A model generated the notes under the pieces. That model saw only the letters and a list, made by a program, of their open reading frames with translations, ran no database searches and was not told where the DNA came from. Below are positions 41,191-53,275 of a stretch of DNA of 64,000 bases, piece after piece (position 1 is the stretch's first letter; the number at the start of each line of letters is the position of its first letter). Source of the stretch: Epiperipatus broadwayi (taxonomy: Eukaryota > Animalia > Onychophora); assembly GCA_028023455.1 (NCBI GenBank), contig JAQFVV010000010.1, positions 11,656,001 through 11,720,000 of the forward strand, in the 5' to 3' direction. A program made the position numbers and the translations under genes.

Positions 41191-42117
41191 CAAATTATTA
41201 TTTTTATTTTCCCAATAACCACCTCTCTAAAATTGGTTTTTCCTCTTAAAAACAATGTAACCTTTTAATATTAGATTTTACAATTTTTTTTTTTTTTTTT
41301 CTACGATAAAAATTTTCAATTTATTTTATTCATGGCATTTCTTATTAATCTTTATTTTTTTCGGATAAAATAAGATTTTGCATTTTAAAGTGTATTTTTA
41401 ATATATTTACAGATTAATTTCAGTGAAGTCAATAAAGCAAATTTTATTAACATTTGTTTCAACTTAGGATTTTTTAATCCGAGTTCATTTTAAGGTAACA
41501 GTTACCTTATTTTATAGCTTATTTTTATCCCTTAAGAATTAGATTTTTATTGTTAAAACAGAATCGCGTAGATGATTGGATTTACGATTTCAATTAGGGA
41601 CTTCATTATAAATCTACCCCCCCCCCCCCAAGTGAATAGTTTAAAATGGTTACTGTTATGTTTTTATTATCAAATTATAATATTTAGTAATTAGTGCTGA
41701 TTATTTTTAAAGATAATTGTAATATTTGGAAAACTAAACCAATCATAATATTTAATTAAAAATGATAATTTATGGCTCCCATTAGTGTTTGTTTACCAAA
41801 TACTCACGCGATATGAAAATTTCTCTTCAACTTTTTCCTTAGACAACAAACAATATGAAGGCATAAAATATTTTTGATAAATAGTAATGTATATTAATAG
41901 AAAAACTTTTTTTTTAAGAAACCGGAAGTATATACTGTATATGTTTGTATCTATGTTTAAACTGGGTTAGAACAATTACCTGTTTTTGTTAGTTTTAAAC
42001 CTGAAACTATTTTATCTTTATTTAACAATAAAGAGTATATATAAATGCGCGAGTATATGTGAATATATATATGCAGAATTGCATAAAATTGAACTTAAAA
42101 CATTTGACTAGTTTTGA

Positions 42118-42216
42118 GTGTAAAAAAAGCGTTGGTGGCTGAGTAGTCAGCACAGCCGCCTTACAATCAGTTGTTCCAGGTTCGCTTCCCGGCCAATTCT
42201 TTGACATCTAAAAAAA
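42118..42216 (+). mobile_element. tRNA-derived short SINE, copy 3
   Basis: TGGCTGAGTAG...GCCGCCTTACAA...GGTTCGCTTCCCGGCC...TTTGAC plus an A-tail. Confidence 0.8.
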
Positions 42217-43059
42217 AAAGACATTTGGGGGGATTACATGCTTTCCATACTATGGCCTTTTTTTTTTTTTTGCCTGATTATATGTATAAACTTAATATTT
42301 TTTCTTTTAGGCAATCACTTCATAATCTGATCCAGATAGTTGTTTAGTGGTTTATAAATGGATATCTAATTATTATTAACTGGAGGATACATTTTATTGG
42401 TTAATCGATCGGCTAAGTGTTAATGTTCCGATTGTAACAAATAATACTACATTCCGAAAGTTACTGAGACCATGAATTATCTTAAAAGAATAGCCAAATA
42501 ATAATCTGAAACAATTATTATATAGACTAGAAGCTGTCATTGTTTGGTTTAAGTAATTTAAAAGTAAACACCTCTGTAAAGTTAAACCTGTTAAATATAA
42601 TCCTAAATAAATTCGCTATTTTGGTAAATAAAATAAATATATCAAGGTAATCGTTTTTCAAATAAGTACGTGTTTTACCCTTCTACTTATATAAATGAAC
42701 CATAATAACAAAAAAAACAACAACAACTAGACTACATAGGCATATAAAGGAATAAAAGCATTTGCTATTTATGAAATTTTTTTGCAAATGTTTCAATTCC
42801 ATTAAATGTGATATGTTGGACTATTTCCATCATCTATGAGTGAATGTTGAATATTGTCACTGTGTATATAGGACACACAAATAGTAATACCTGAAGAAAA
42901 GTGGAGAATAATATTATTCGAAACATTGTGTAATTACTAACCTGTGTTGTCTATTTGTGTGTTATTATTAACAAGTTGTTTGTATTTGGAAAGTTTAAAT
43001 AAAGTTTAAAATTTTCTATATATTCAACATTCATTCATAGATGATTTAAAGTTGTAATT

Positions 43060-43185
43060 ATAAATTTATTTAAACGTACATTGATTACATAAGTAATATT
43101 TACTAAGGCTTTAACTTCAAGAATATGCGTGTAAAAATGTGATATTAGAGACCTCTACAGGTCTTAACCACAAGCTTACGCCTTC
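43060..43185. repeat. Fold-back family C copy without a hairpin
   Basis: Collinear with 38505-38620. It ends at CACAAGCTTA. Confidence 0.7.
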
Positions 43186-43786
43186 TAATAACATACCATC
43201 ATTACAAATCTTCAGACAAATATTTCAATTCCATTGTCATTATTTATTTTAAATTATAGGGAAAGTTTTTTATTCATAATGACTATATCAAGGAATAACA
43301 TACTTGTTCAAAATAGTAGAATTGTGAATTTATATCATATCACAGCAAATTTTAGAAGTATTTATATATGTGGTTAGATTGGCAGGCAAGTAGATAGATA
43401 GTGCATATATGGATATTGTAATGATAAGAGCATGAATAGACAAGACAAAGACCTAAAGAGAATTAGGATATAAAGGCCAATCCATTCACACTCAAAGATA
43501 CAACGTAGTTAGAAAAGGTACAGTTTTTTGCATCCAAACTGGATTTAAATGCAAATTAACCTTGATACAGTTATCAATCCTAGATTTAAATCCACTTTGA
43601 TCCAAATAATAATAATTAAAATTATGTAAATATGTAATGTATGTTTTGATACATTGTACAGGCTTAAACCTGCATTTATATATGTAATATATGCAGGATT
43701 CGAACTCAGATTTTCACATGACCCACTACTCTCAGTGCCATCTCATATTGCTGACCCACCTGATCACACACATGTTGAAAAGATAA

Positions 43787-43845
43787 ATAATCACTAATAT
43801 ACATATTTCATGCTAAACCAGCAATCATCAGTTGGTCTAGATTAC
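43787..43845 (-). ncRNA. Type I hammerhead ribozyme (family A)
   Basis: ACCAA-CTGATGA-TTGCTG-GTT-TAGCAT-GAAA-TATGTA-TA-TTAGT. Core intact, with one mismatch each in helices I and II. Confidence 0.75.
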
Positions 43846-44269
43846 TATCCTCACACATATATATAATCAGTGCTCAGCTTTATATTAAGATAGCCAATCT
43901 TCATACTTTAATGGACAGGCTTCAAACTATTCCAACTCACAACTCTTCAGCCTTCCATTTCATTGAAAATCTGATGATGGAACGTTCAAAGCCCTTGTTA
44001 GTGCCAAGATTGTCATCCTACCCATGTTGACATATTAGTCATTCTGACCTCTCATGTCCAGGAGAATAATCCATTTATATGTACATATGCGAGGGATGGG
44101 CAGACCTTTTACACACTATTTATATAAATTAATACATTGTACAGGCTTAAACCTGCATTTATATATGTAATATATGCAGGATTCGAACTCAGGCTTTCAT
44201 ACGACCTACTACTCTCAGTGCCATCTCATATTGCTGACCCACCTGATCACACACATGTTGAAAAGATAA

Positions 44270-44328
44270 ATAATCACCAATATACGTATTTCAGGCTAAA
44301 CCAGCAATCATCAGTTGGTCTAGATTAC
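44270..44328 (-). ncRNA. Type I hammerhead ribozyme (family A)
   Basis: GTAATC-TAG-ACCAA-CTGATGA-TTGCTG-GTT-TAGCCT-GAAA-TACGTA-TA-TTGGT-GATTAT. Perfect ATACGTAT palindrome, base of helix II mismatched. Confidence 0.78.
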
Positions 44329-45469
44329 TATCCTCACACATTTGATAATCTAATAAAATATTTCATAATGTAAATATTAGCTTTTTGTAATTTCTTACAA
44401 ATATATTCTTACATATGTGTGTGTATGTGTTTCGTTTGATTCTACCATGAAATTCCTTTTGAGTGCTTAGACCAATCTGAATAATTCGTAGTGAATTATA
44501 TTTCACACACCTCCATTCATCTCAACTATAGAAAAAAAAATCATGATTCAAAATATGTGTGAGGCAAATTAAGTCAGTTTATTCTATATAATAAATACAT
44601 CATTTAATCTTAACTAAATAAAAAATCCGAAGTCAGATTTAAATAAAAATCAATTAATAAATTTTATTACACATAGATATATGTATATAAAAATAAAACA
44701 TATAAATGAATGCTCTCAACCCCCCCCCCCTAATATTAGCAAACAAAAATAATTAGTTGCAAAGTAAATTAATTAAGAAATTGTTTGTGCTGGAGAATCT
44801 AAATATATATTACCATAGAAAAACAAACGTGTGTGTGTGTCAAGATAATATATAATGTGGATACGTTATGAATTAACGTTGAGAAATCTGATTATCCTGA
44901 TAAAGCTTTGTAAGTTATGCCTAAATATAATAAAAATTAATAAGCGTGCTTGATAAATTCTGGTTGAAGTAATTAATCATTCGGTCTTTAAAATGTATAA
45001 TAAATTATGCATAAATAAGCAAGCTAATACATCTAAAAACATTTAAGAATAATGGTGGCATTTTCTAGAACTGTCCCATATATATAATATTACGGTAACG
45101 GCTCTTATTCAACGATATCTATATATGGGGGAGGAGTTCTTTACTGTCTTCTTGCTGAATTTCCTTTTGTTATATCTGCTTAAAGAAAATCCATGTATCG
45201 TTATTTTATATCTATTTTTTTTTTCAATAAATAAATAAAAATCCATTAGAACTTAAAGGAATATGCTTTCTCAAAAATACTATTTATAGATTTTAACAGT
45301 ATAATAGTAATAATACTAGTTAGAAGTATGTATTCAGATTAAAAAACTAATACTAATCAGATTTTCCATATGTCACATATCACTACACATCAATCTGTTC
45401 TAAAAAAAAATTAATGTATGTGACATTATAAAAATTTTTAACTAAAAACAAAACAAAAAAAAACATACT

Positions 45470-45552
45470 ACTTTTTTTTCTCTCATATGTCATAGCATCA
45501 GCCGGGAAGCGAACCTGCTAACACGGGACCTTTCAACCACCAATGCTTGACA
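45470..45552 (-). mobile_element. tRNA-derived short SINE, internally deleted copy 4
   Basis: Retains the GTCAAGCATTGGTGG 5' end, the GGTTCGCTTCCCGGC B box and the A-tail. Confidence 0.7.
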
Positions 45553-45714
45553 AAATCATACTACTTTACTGCCTTTTATTCTATTCTTCGCAAATTCATT
45601 TTTAACTTGAGAGCTGAAGAAAATTAATAAAGATACAAATAATTTTTTTTAAAAAGAATAGTCATTTTATTTCTTCTTGTGATATATGATTTTTTTTTCT
45701 ACAGTACAAACTTT

Positions 45715-46022
45715 TCCATACCTGCACTCCAGTATGTAATGTATAGGGCGTTCGAACTCAGCCTTTCACACGACCCTCAACTATTATCTCACACTGCTGA
45801 CACACTTGATCTCAAACATATCGAAAAGAAAAATAATCACCAATATCCGTATTTCGCGTTAAAACCAAGCACTCGTCAGTTGGTCCAGATTATCATCTCC
45901 ACACATATATACAATCAATGCTCAGCTTATATTAAGATAGCCAATCTTCATACTTTAATGGACAGGTTTCAATCCACTCCACCCCACAACTCTTCAGCCG
46001 TCCATTTCATTGAAAATCTATG
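45715..46022 (-). mobile_element. HHR-repeat family A partial copy
   Basis: Collinear with the 43.7-44.0 kb copy, including the B-box-like GAGTTCGAAC and the HHR. Confidence 0.85.
45833..45893 (-). ncRNA. Type I hammerhead ribozyme (family A), best-preserved core
   Basis: ATAATC-TGG-ACCAA-CTGACGA-GTGCTTGGTTTTAACGC-GAAA-TACGGA-TA-TTGGT-GATTAT. All core nucleotides and the G10.1-C11.1 pair are present. Predicted AUA cleavage between 45844 and 45843. Confidence 0.82.
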
Positions 46023-46653
46023 AATTAATTTCTAATAATGATAGCCAGAATGATATAGTGTAGAGTATATTATTGCCTGGATAATACATATGTATGACTG
46101 GATTAGCTTGAAATTAGATTTTGAAGATTTAACGAGATCTCTTAATAAAACAGATAAATTATCATGATATAATGGATTCGTTTTTCTGCAGTTCATCAGT
46201 TTAATCAGTTAAGTAGAGCTCTATATTTTACTGAAGTTTATAACAAAAGTTCAAAGAAAAGTGAATAATAATTGAAGATTAAAGGAACTTTTTTTTAATG
46301 CCACTTACTAATAAAAATCGATTAGCTGAAGTCCCTTTAAACTGATGATAATGTTTTTAATGATTCCATGAAGTGTGACGACCTTTTAGATAGCAATTTT
46401 GTACAGGTGGTGGTGTTGATAAAGTAAGTAGTTTGTGAGGCCCAGTACTGCAGGCAGAAAACATTTTTAATTACTACATTTTTTTATGTTGATTACCAAT
46501 TATCCATTTAAAGCTATAATTAATTTCTAAGAATTTCAAGTAAATTAATAACTTTGGGTTTATGTCACTATTTTCAAGCAATTGACATAAACAAAAAAAA
46601 TATAGTTACTTTGGAATTCAATCTCCTGTACGTTTTTAGTGTTCTATAATGCT

Positions 46654-46767
46654 TTTTTTTCCATGTGTCATAGCATCGGCCGGGAGGCGAATCCGCAACA
46701 ACCGTCTGCAACTAACTGCTTGCTTGCAAGGCGGCTGCGCTGATCTCTCGGCTAACAACACTTGACT
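46654..46767 (-). mobile_element. tRNA-derived short SINE, copy 5
   Basis: Reverse complement of the same consensus, with a small internal duplication. Confidence 0.75.
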
Positions 46768-48160
46768 AGAATGCTTTTTTGAAGTGATTTTCCAGAGCAA
46801 TTCGATTACATGTTTATAAATAGTTCTAAATAATAAATATTTAAAAATTAAAAAATAATAAATTATACATTACCTTAAAATAAAAAGCCATGCAATGCCT
46901 TTAAAAGAAACACATTTTTCCTTTTTCAATTCTGTTTTAATTAAAAAAAGTTACACTTTTGAGAATAGAACAATAATGCATGCACACAGTGTGCATGAAT
47001 AAGAGGTGCCTTTATGCAAGATAAATTTTAATACCCCCTTCCCCCATTTTATGAAATAAAATTTGTAAACTAAAAGACATTTTTTCCCAACATTGTTGCA
47101 AGAAAAACTTGAAAATATGGCTTTAGTCATTTAATGTGTTGGTAAACACTTTACTGTATTTTATTCATTTGTTTCTATAAAATAATTCCGGAAAATAAAA
47201 CACAAACTAAAATAAAACTATGTGTTAAAAAAAAAATTTTGAAACAATAATTAAATAATATCTTAAAACAAAAATAGTTACTTAATAAATAGTCAAAATA
47301 AGAATCATAGATCACATGACCTATTCTCTTAAGCTTGTAAGTTATAAACAATGAGGATTTTAAATGCTTTCTCTGGCTAAGCATTTATCACAAAGCTTGT
47401 TGAGGAATTGGCAATCCTCATTTATTTACTTAATAAATTTGAAATTAAGATTTAATATTATTTTTTGGAGAATCTTGCGAAATTGCTAATAGCATTGGAA
47501 ACATCTGCGAATAAGATATTATTTTTAAATATTCAAGTGTTTTTATATTTAAATGAACCATCACACCCACTCATGAAAACCTTACACTGCTTCCCTCCAC
47601 TTCTTGGGCTGGCTCTACTATATTATATAAGTGATTCTTTGCTTCTAAATTCCATCCCATACAGTGAGAGAAAAAAAGAGCCCATCTTGTCTCCATTATT
47701 TTTTCTGAATCAATATTTAGATCAATTTTAACCAGCAAGTCAATAATTGATTAAAAATAGTTCTTGTTTGATTCAAACCCATTCAAAATGTCTTATGCAA
47801 AAACTTATTCATGTTTTTTATTAACAAAGTAAAAAAATATACTATTATTTAATTTTTATGTGGCATATATATATAATCCAATATTTAATTTTTTTTCCCA
47901 TATATAACTTTTATGTTTATTAGGACCACCAAACTAAGTCAATTTTAAATAACATGGCTGATATAACTCTTACATTCCATTAACACCATATTAAAAAGCT
48001 CTTTGTTTTAAAAATCCATTAATTACTTAAAATAGTTTCATTTATTTTCATTCAATAATAAAATATTTACACTATTATTTTATTTTTTAAAGCTTATTAA
48101 TAACTAAATTCTATTATATATTTTAATTATAAATTTTATTAAAAGCACATTAATATATTA

Positions 48161-48363
48161 AATAATATTTACTAAGGCTGTAACCTTAGGAATAAGCGTA
48201 TGAAAAATTCGAAGGTAGGGACCTCTACAGGTCTTAAACACAAGCTTATGCTCTTTCCCTCTTTTCTTCATAGCATAAGCTTGTGTTTAAGACCTGTAGA
48301 GGTCCCTACCTTCGAATTTTTCAGACGCTTATTCCTAAGGTTACAGCCTTAGTAAATATTATT
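48161..48363. repeat. Near-perfect 92-bp-arm palindrome of fold-back family C
   Basis: 48161-48252 pairs with 48272-48363, with one mismatch seen and a 19-nt pyrimidine-rich loop. Confidence 0.9.
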
Positions 48364-49159
48364 ATATATTTTATTATATAATTTGAGAATTAGGGATTTA
48401 GACAAAATTTATTTAAGTGAAGAAATTTTAACTTTTTAAACTTAAATTTTTTATTTAACATATTTTTATGAGCAATTAAAAGGCTTTGTATTTTAATTTG
48501 TTTATTTATAGATTATATCAGATAACTATTAAAAAATTTCAAACATTTGGTTTGTTCCACTAGATATATTTTTTAGACTTTGTTAATAATGCAATCATTT
48601 AGGGATTTTATTATAATGAAGACAATTTTATAAAATAATAGTATTACTGTGAAAATTGCTAAGAATTAAATATGTTGGCATGCAATATCTTTTTAAAAAA
48701 TAAGTTTTTTACTTACTCTGTTTGTCTTAGATTTGAACTGTAGTGTGGATTATGTATCAATTATTAATTTTTTAGTTAGAGAACAAACTTGAGTCCACAT
48801 CCAAAGAAAATCACTTTAGTAAAATGTATAAAAAGATAATATACCATATAAAAAAGAATAACATTATTAAAAATAGGAAAAGCTATTTAGTGAAATGTGT
48901 AAAAAGATAATATGACATAATACAAAAGGAGGAAAATATCATTGATACTAAAAAAAGTTTCACACAAGACAGCTTTGGAATCAATCCTAAGAAATGACAT
49001 TTCAGAGTCAGCCATGTTACCAGTACTCTAAACTGAATATGACAGCTAAATCCTGTAAAATATTGTTGATAAATATAATTTTATCATGCGAATTACTGTA
49101 ATTATGAGGCAATATTTTTAAAATAAAATTTTAAAATAAATTATTAATAATAAATCATT

Positions 49160-49660
49160 ACATTTTATACATTTAAATAAAAGTGAATGAGAATTCTAAA
49201 CCTTTTCATTTATATATAAATTTTATTAATCATGGCAACAAAATGGTGTCAGCCTACTCAGACTGTGCAATGGTAGAGAATATATGAAATATATTTCAAG
49301 GCTTGAGCAATTGTCTCAAAAGTTTAAGTAAAGAAATATTTCTCTTACATTTAAATAAAAAATATTTACAATCAGAATGTGTTTTCAACAATAAAGTGAT
49401 TCAGAAATCTAAATATTTACATACAAGTTTTATTAATCATTATGACAAAATACCATCGACTTGTTTGTTTTTGCACAATGAGAAGCGTATATATGTAGTA
49501 TATTACAAGCTTGAGGTTTGGGCAATTGTCAAAATAAGTTTAAGTAAAGAAGAATTTATTTTATATTTAAATAAAAAAATATTTACACTCAGAATGTACT
49601 TCTAAGAATGAAGTGATTCAAAAATGTAAACATTTTTATTTACATATAAATTTTATTAAT
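49160..49660. repeat. Diverged tandem repeat with a ~210-bp period (about 2.3 copies)
   Basis: The blocks ATTTAAATAAAA...AAGTGA...TTTTATTAAT recur near 49170, 49350-49430 and 49565-49660. Confidence 0.5.
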
Positions 49661-50159
49661 TATCTTGGTGTCTTGGCACCCCCATGATAAAGCACTTTTG
49701 TGCCCTACCCAAACTGCACACCTTCACATGTCAGCCTTGCACACATATTTTTTCTTTTACTACTTAAAATCCTTATTGCGAAATTCTAATCTTTAAATTT
49801 CATTCTAAATATATATGTATAAATAAAAAGTAATTGTCCACATATACATCTCATTCACACGCGTTAATGTAAAAATATATTAAAATGAAATATACTTCTA
49901 CATTTTTTAGATTTTATTTTTAACATAGAGAAAACAAAATATTGATACTCTGACTAAAATCCAAAATTGACAGAAATTATTATGCTAATACATGACTCTC
50001 CAAATAAATATAACGAAAATTTCATAATATATATTTTGAGCTATTTCTAAGATAATATATATATTTATAATCATTATAATAATACAGATGTTAATCTATG
50101 CTTACAATATATATATAGAGAGAGAAAGAGACACAAAAAAATAGACAGGTAAATAGATC

Positions 50160-50629
<470 letters not shown>

Positions 50630-51059
50630 TTTTTTTCAGTTTAAAACGATTTTTATTTAATTAAAAAAATAATTTAAATGAAATTAGAAAGAATTATTGC
50701 AATAATTAAAAATTAAAAATGGGTGCTCAGTTAAGAGGAAGATATTGCAATTTTTGAAAAATAAAATACTTTTTGTTTTTTAACACAATGATTATTTTAA
50801 AATTTCATTGTCTGAGGATTTTTCTTCTATTTGATTCTTCTTTAATTTAAAAATAAAATTCATCAACAGTTCCATTATTAAACAAAAACCAAAAAACATT
50901 CATTATTCAAACACCTTTTAAATAACTGTTTCCACTAATAATACTTAGTTAACCTAATTATTTTTTTAGACACGTTAAATTAGTCTTAAATAATTAATGT
51001 AATCAATCGTATAATATGTAAAACTGAATCGCGATATTTAAAACGAATATTCTGCAAAT

Positions 51060-51460
51060 GTTTAATTATCAGTGTAGATACATGTGAAAAACGTAAGATC
51101 CCAGAGATACACATTTCGTGCTGAACCAACACTCATCAATTGACTCACACCACAATCTCTTACACATATCTTTAACATTATTCAGTATATATAGATAGGG
51201 AATTACTACAGTTTAATTGATGTGTCAAATTTACTGTCCTGACAACTTAGATACAAAGCACTTAATGAAAATATATTAATATTTTTTATTAGTCATTCAT
51301 TAGAATAGTCAATAGAGATTATCCATTTAATGAATAATATTTCTGTAGTGAAATTGTCTCTACACGACCGCTTTTAACATCTTATGAAGGAGTGTGATCA
51401 TATACATATAGTCAAAGACATGTGAAAAAGATGTAAGATCTCCCAATATGCACATTTCAT
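51060..51460 (-). mobile_element. Diverged HHR-repeat family A-related copy with two HHR remnants ~340 bp apart
   Basis: TTGATGA-GTGTTG-GTT-CAGCAC-GAAA-TGTGTA-TC at ~51100-51146. A second remnant lacking helix II lies at ~51430-51460. Confidence 0.6.
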
Positions 51461-52741
51461 CAATGGACCCATACAAAAAAATCAAAATTTAAACATTAAA
51501 TAATCTTATAACTGGGACACTGTATCGTAGATTGAACAGAGACATATTTTATCTCCACCAAAGACTATATCATTACTGTCCTTCATTAAAAAATTATTTG
51601 TCCCAAATTTACAATTAGATAGACAATCTCACAAGTTTTAAGATAGTAATTAAGCATCAGTAAATTATACATACACATACAAAGTGTTTGTAATAAATAG
51701 GAAAATTAAATTTTGTACATTAGTTGAAAAGATAGGCTGAAAAATTTACCAAAAAAATATCGCGCATGCTTTCCTCATCTCTGCCCCCTCATGCTGCAAA
51801 TTTGGTTTTCCTAATTTAAAAGAAAAAGTAATTTACTTGGAAACATGAAAAAAAAGCAAACAGCTTTTAAATAATTAAAACTGGGTATATATATATAAAT
51901 TGATATTACTATAAATTTTATGACTCAGTAAATTTTACTTGGGCAGATTTTATTTATATAAACAAAAGAATTTCCTTAAAATGAAACTCAAAATTATTCT
52001 TTTTTTAAATATATTTTTCATGACATTTGAAAAAATATTTCAAATTTTGTCACAAAAAGGTATAGCACTTAAATCACTATTGTTACAAAAATAGCACGTC
52101 TTTGGATATATGGCGTGCTTGAATACTTCTAACTTTATGTAAGGAGAAATCATTTTGTTATAAGAAAAATTCCAATTTATTTGAGATAAGAATAGGAACA
52201 TTGAATACCAAGTAACAAAGATAAAAAGTATAATTGAAATTTGGTTATCTGAGCCACGTCTATATTTATTTCAAAATTGTCAATTATTTATATTTATTTA
52301 AAAGTAGTTATTTAAAGCTAATATTTAGAACCATGTTTAGCTTTCAATACTATAAATATTTGAAATACAGGCACTCTTCACATACCTGGAGCCCAGTTGT
52401 AAATATAGGGGATTTGAACTCGGACTTTCAAGCACCCTTCAACTATCCACACTATCTCATACCACTGATAACATGACTACACACATGTAGAAAAGAGAAA
52501 TCACCAATATACATATTTTGTGCTGAACCAGCATTCATCATTTAGTCCAGATTATCATCTCCCACACACATATATATAATCAGTGCTCAGCATGGGATTT
52601 GAGCTTTCCATCATCAGATTTCAATGGTATGAATGGCTGAAGAGTTGGGGGTTGAAGTAGATTGAAACCTACCCATTAAAGTATGAGGGTTTTCTGTCTT
52701 AATATAAACTGAGCACTGATTATATATGTGTGTGAGAGATG

Positions 52742-52800
52742 ATAATCTGGACCAACTGATGAGTGCTGATTCAGCAAGAAATATGGATATTGGTGATTAT
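52742..52800 (+). ncRNA. Type I hammerhead ribozyme (family A)
   Basis: ATAATC-TGG-ACCAA-CTGATGA-GTGCTG-ATT-CAGCAA-GAAA-TATGGA-TA-TTGGT-GATTAT. Only C11.1 changed to A. Predicted cut after 52789. Confidence 0.8.
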
Positions 52801-52837
52801 TTATCTTTTTTACGTGTGTGTGGTCATATGTATCAGT

Positions 52838-52892
52838 GGCATGAGATGGTGTGGATAGTTGAAGGGTGCTTGAAAGTTTGAGTTCAAATTCT
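52838..52892 (+). promoter_or_regulatory. Pol III type-2-like internal promoter motifs in family A
   Basis: A-box-like TGGCATGAGATGG (52838-50) and B-box-like GAGTTCAAAT (~52880-89). The 43.7 and 44.2 kb copies read GAGTTCGAATCC on the HHR strand. Confidence 0.5.
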
Positions 52893-53216
52893 TTATATTT
52901 ATATTTGGGCTCCAGGTATGTGAAGAGTGCCTGTATTTCAAATATTTACACATTAAGCCTGTATCCTGCCCATCTCTCTTCTCTGTATTTAAATGGATAA
53001 GGTCCTATATGTGAGGAGTCAGAGTGAGTTAAGGTCAACATGGGCGTGGCAATAATATTGGCGTCAGCATGGGATTTGAGTTTTCCATCATCAGATTTCA
53101 ATGGTATGGATGGCTGAAGAGTTGGAGGTTGGAGTAGATTGAAGTCTGTCCATTAAAGTATGAGGATTTGCTATCTTAATATAAACTGAGCACTGATTAT
53201 ATATATATGGGAGATG

Positions 53217-53275
53217 ATAATCTGGATCAACTGATGAGTGCTGGATCAGTACAAAATATGTATATTGATGATTAT
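53217..53275 (+). ncRNA. Type I hammerhead ribozyme (family A), G12 changed to A, probably inactive
   Basis: ATCAA-CTGATGA-GTGCTG-GAT-CAGTAC-AAAA-TATGTA-TA-TTGAT. Helix I is compensated (ATCAA/TTGAT). Confidence 0.75.

Larger units (their letters stand above)
43652..44340 (-). mobile_element. HHR-repeat family A 1.4-mer (retrozyme-like): a 483-nt unit bounded by two HHRs
   Basis: Direct repeat with period 483 (TACATTGTACAGG at 43650 and 44133). HHRs at 43787-43845 and 44270-44328. Candidate 7-bp TSD TTTGATA at 43645-51 and 44341-47. Confidence 0.88.

Noticed and set aside
43960-43995. A second conserved CTGATGA on the strand opposite the family A HHR (AAATCTGATGATGGAA, also near 41170, 52610, 53090 and 60490), raising the idea of ambisense viroid-like ribozymes
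   Set aside because: No copy has a downstream GAAA box with a consistent helix II or III. The conservation may simply reflect pairing in the long-range stem.
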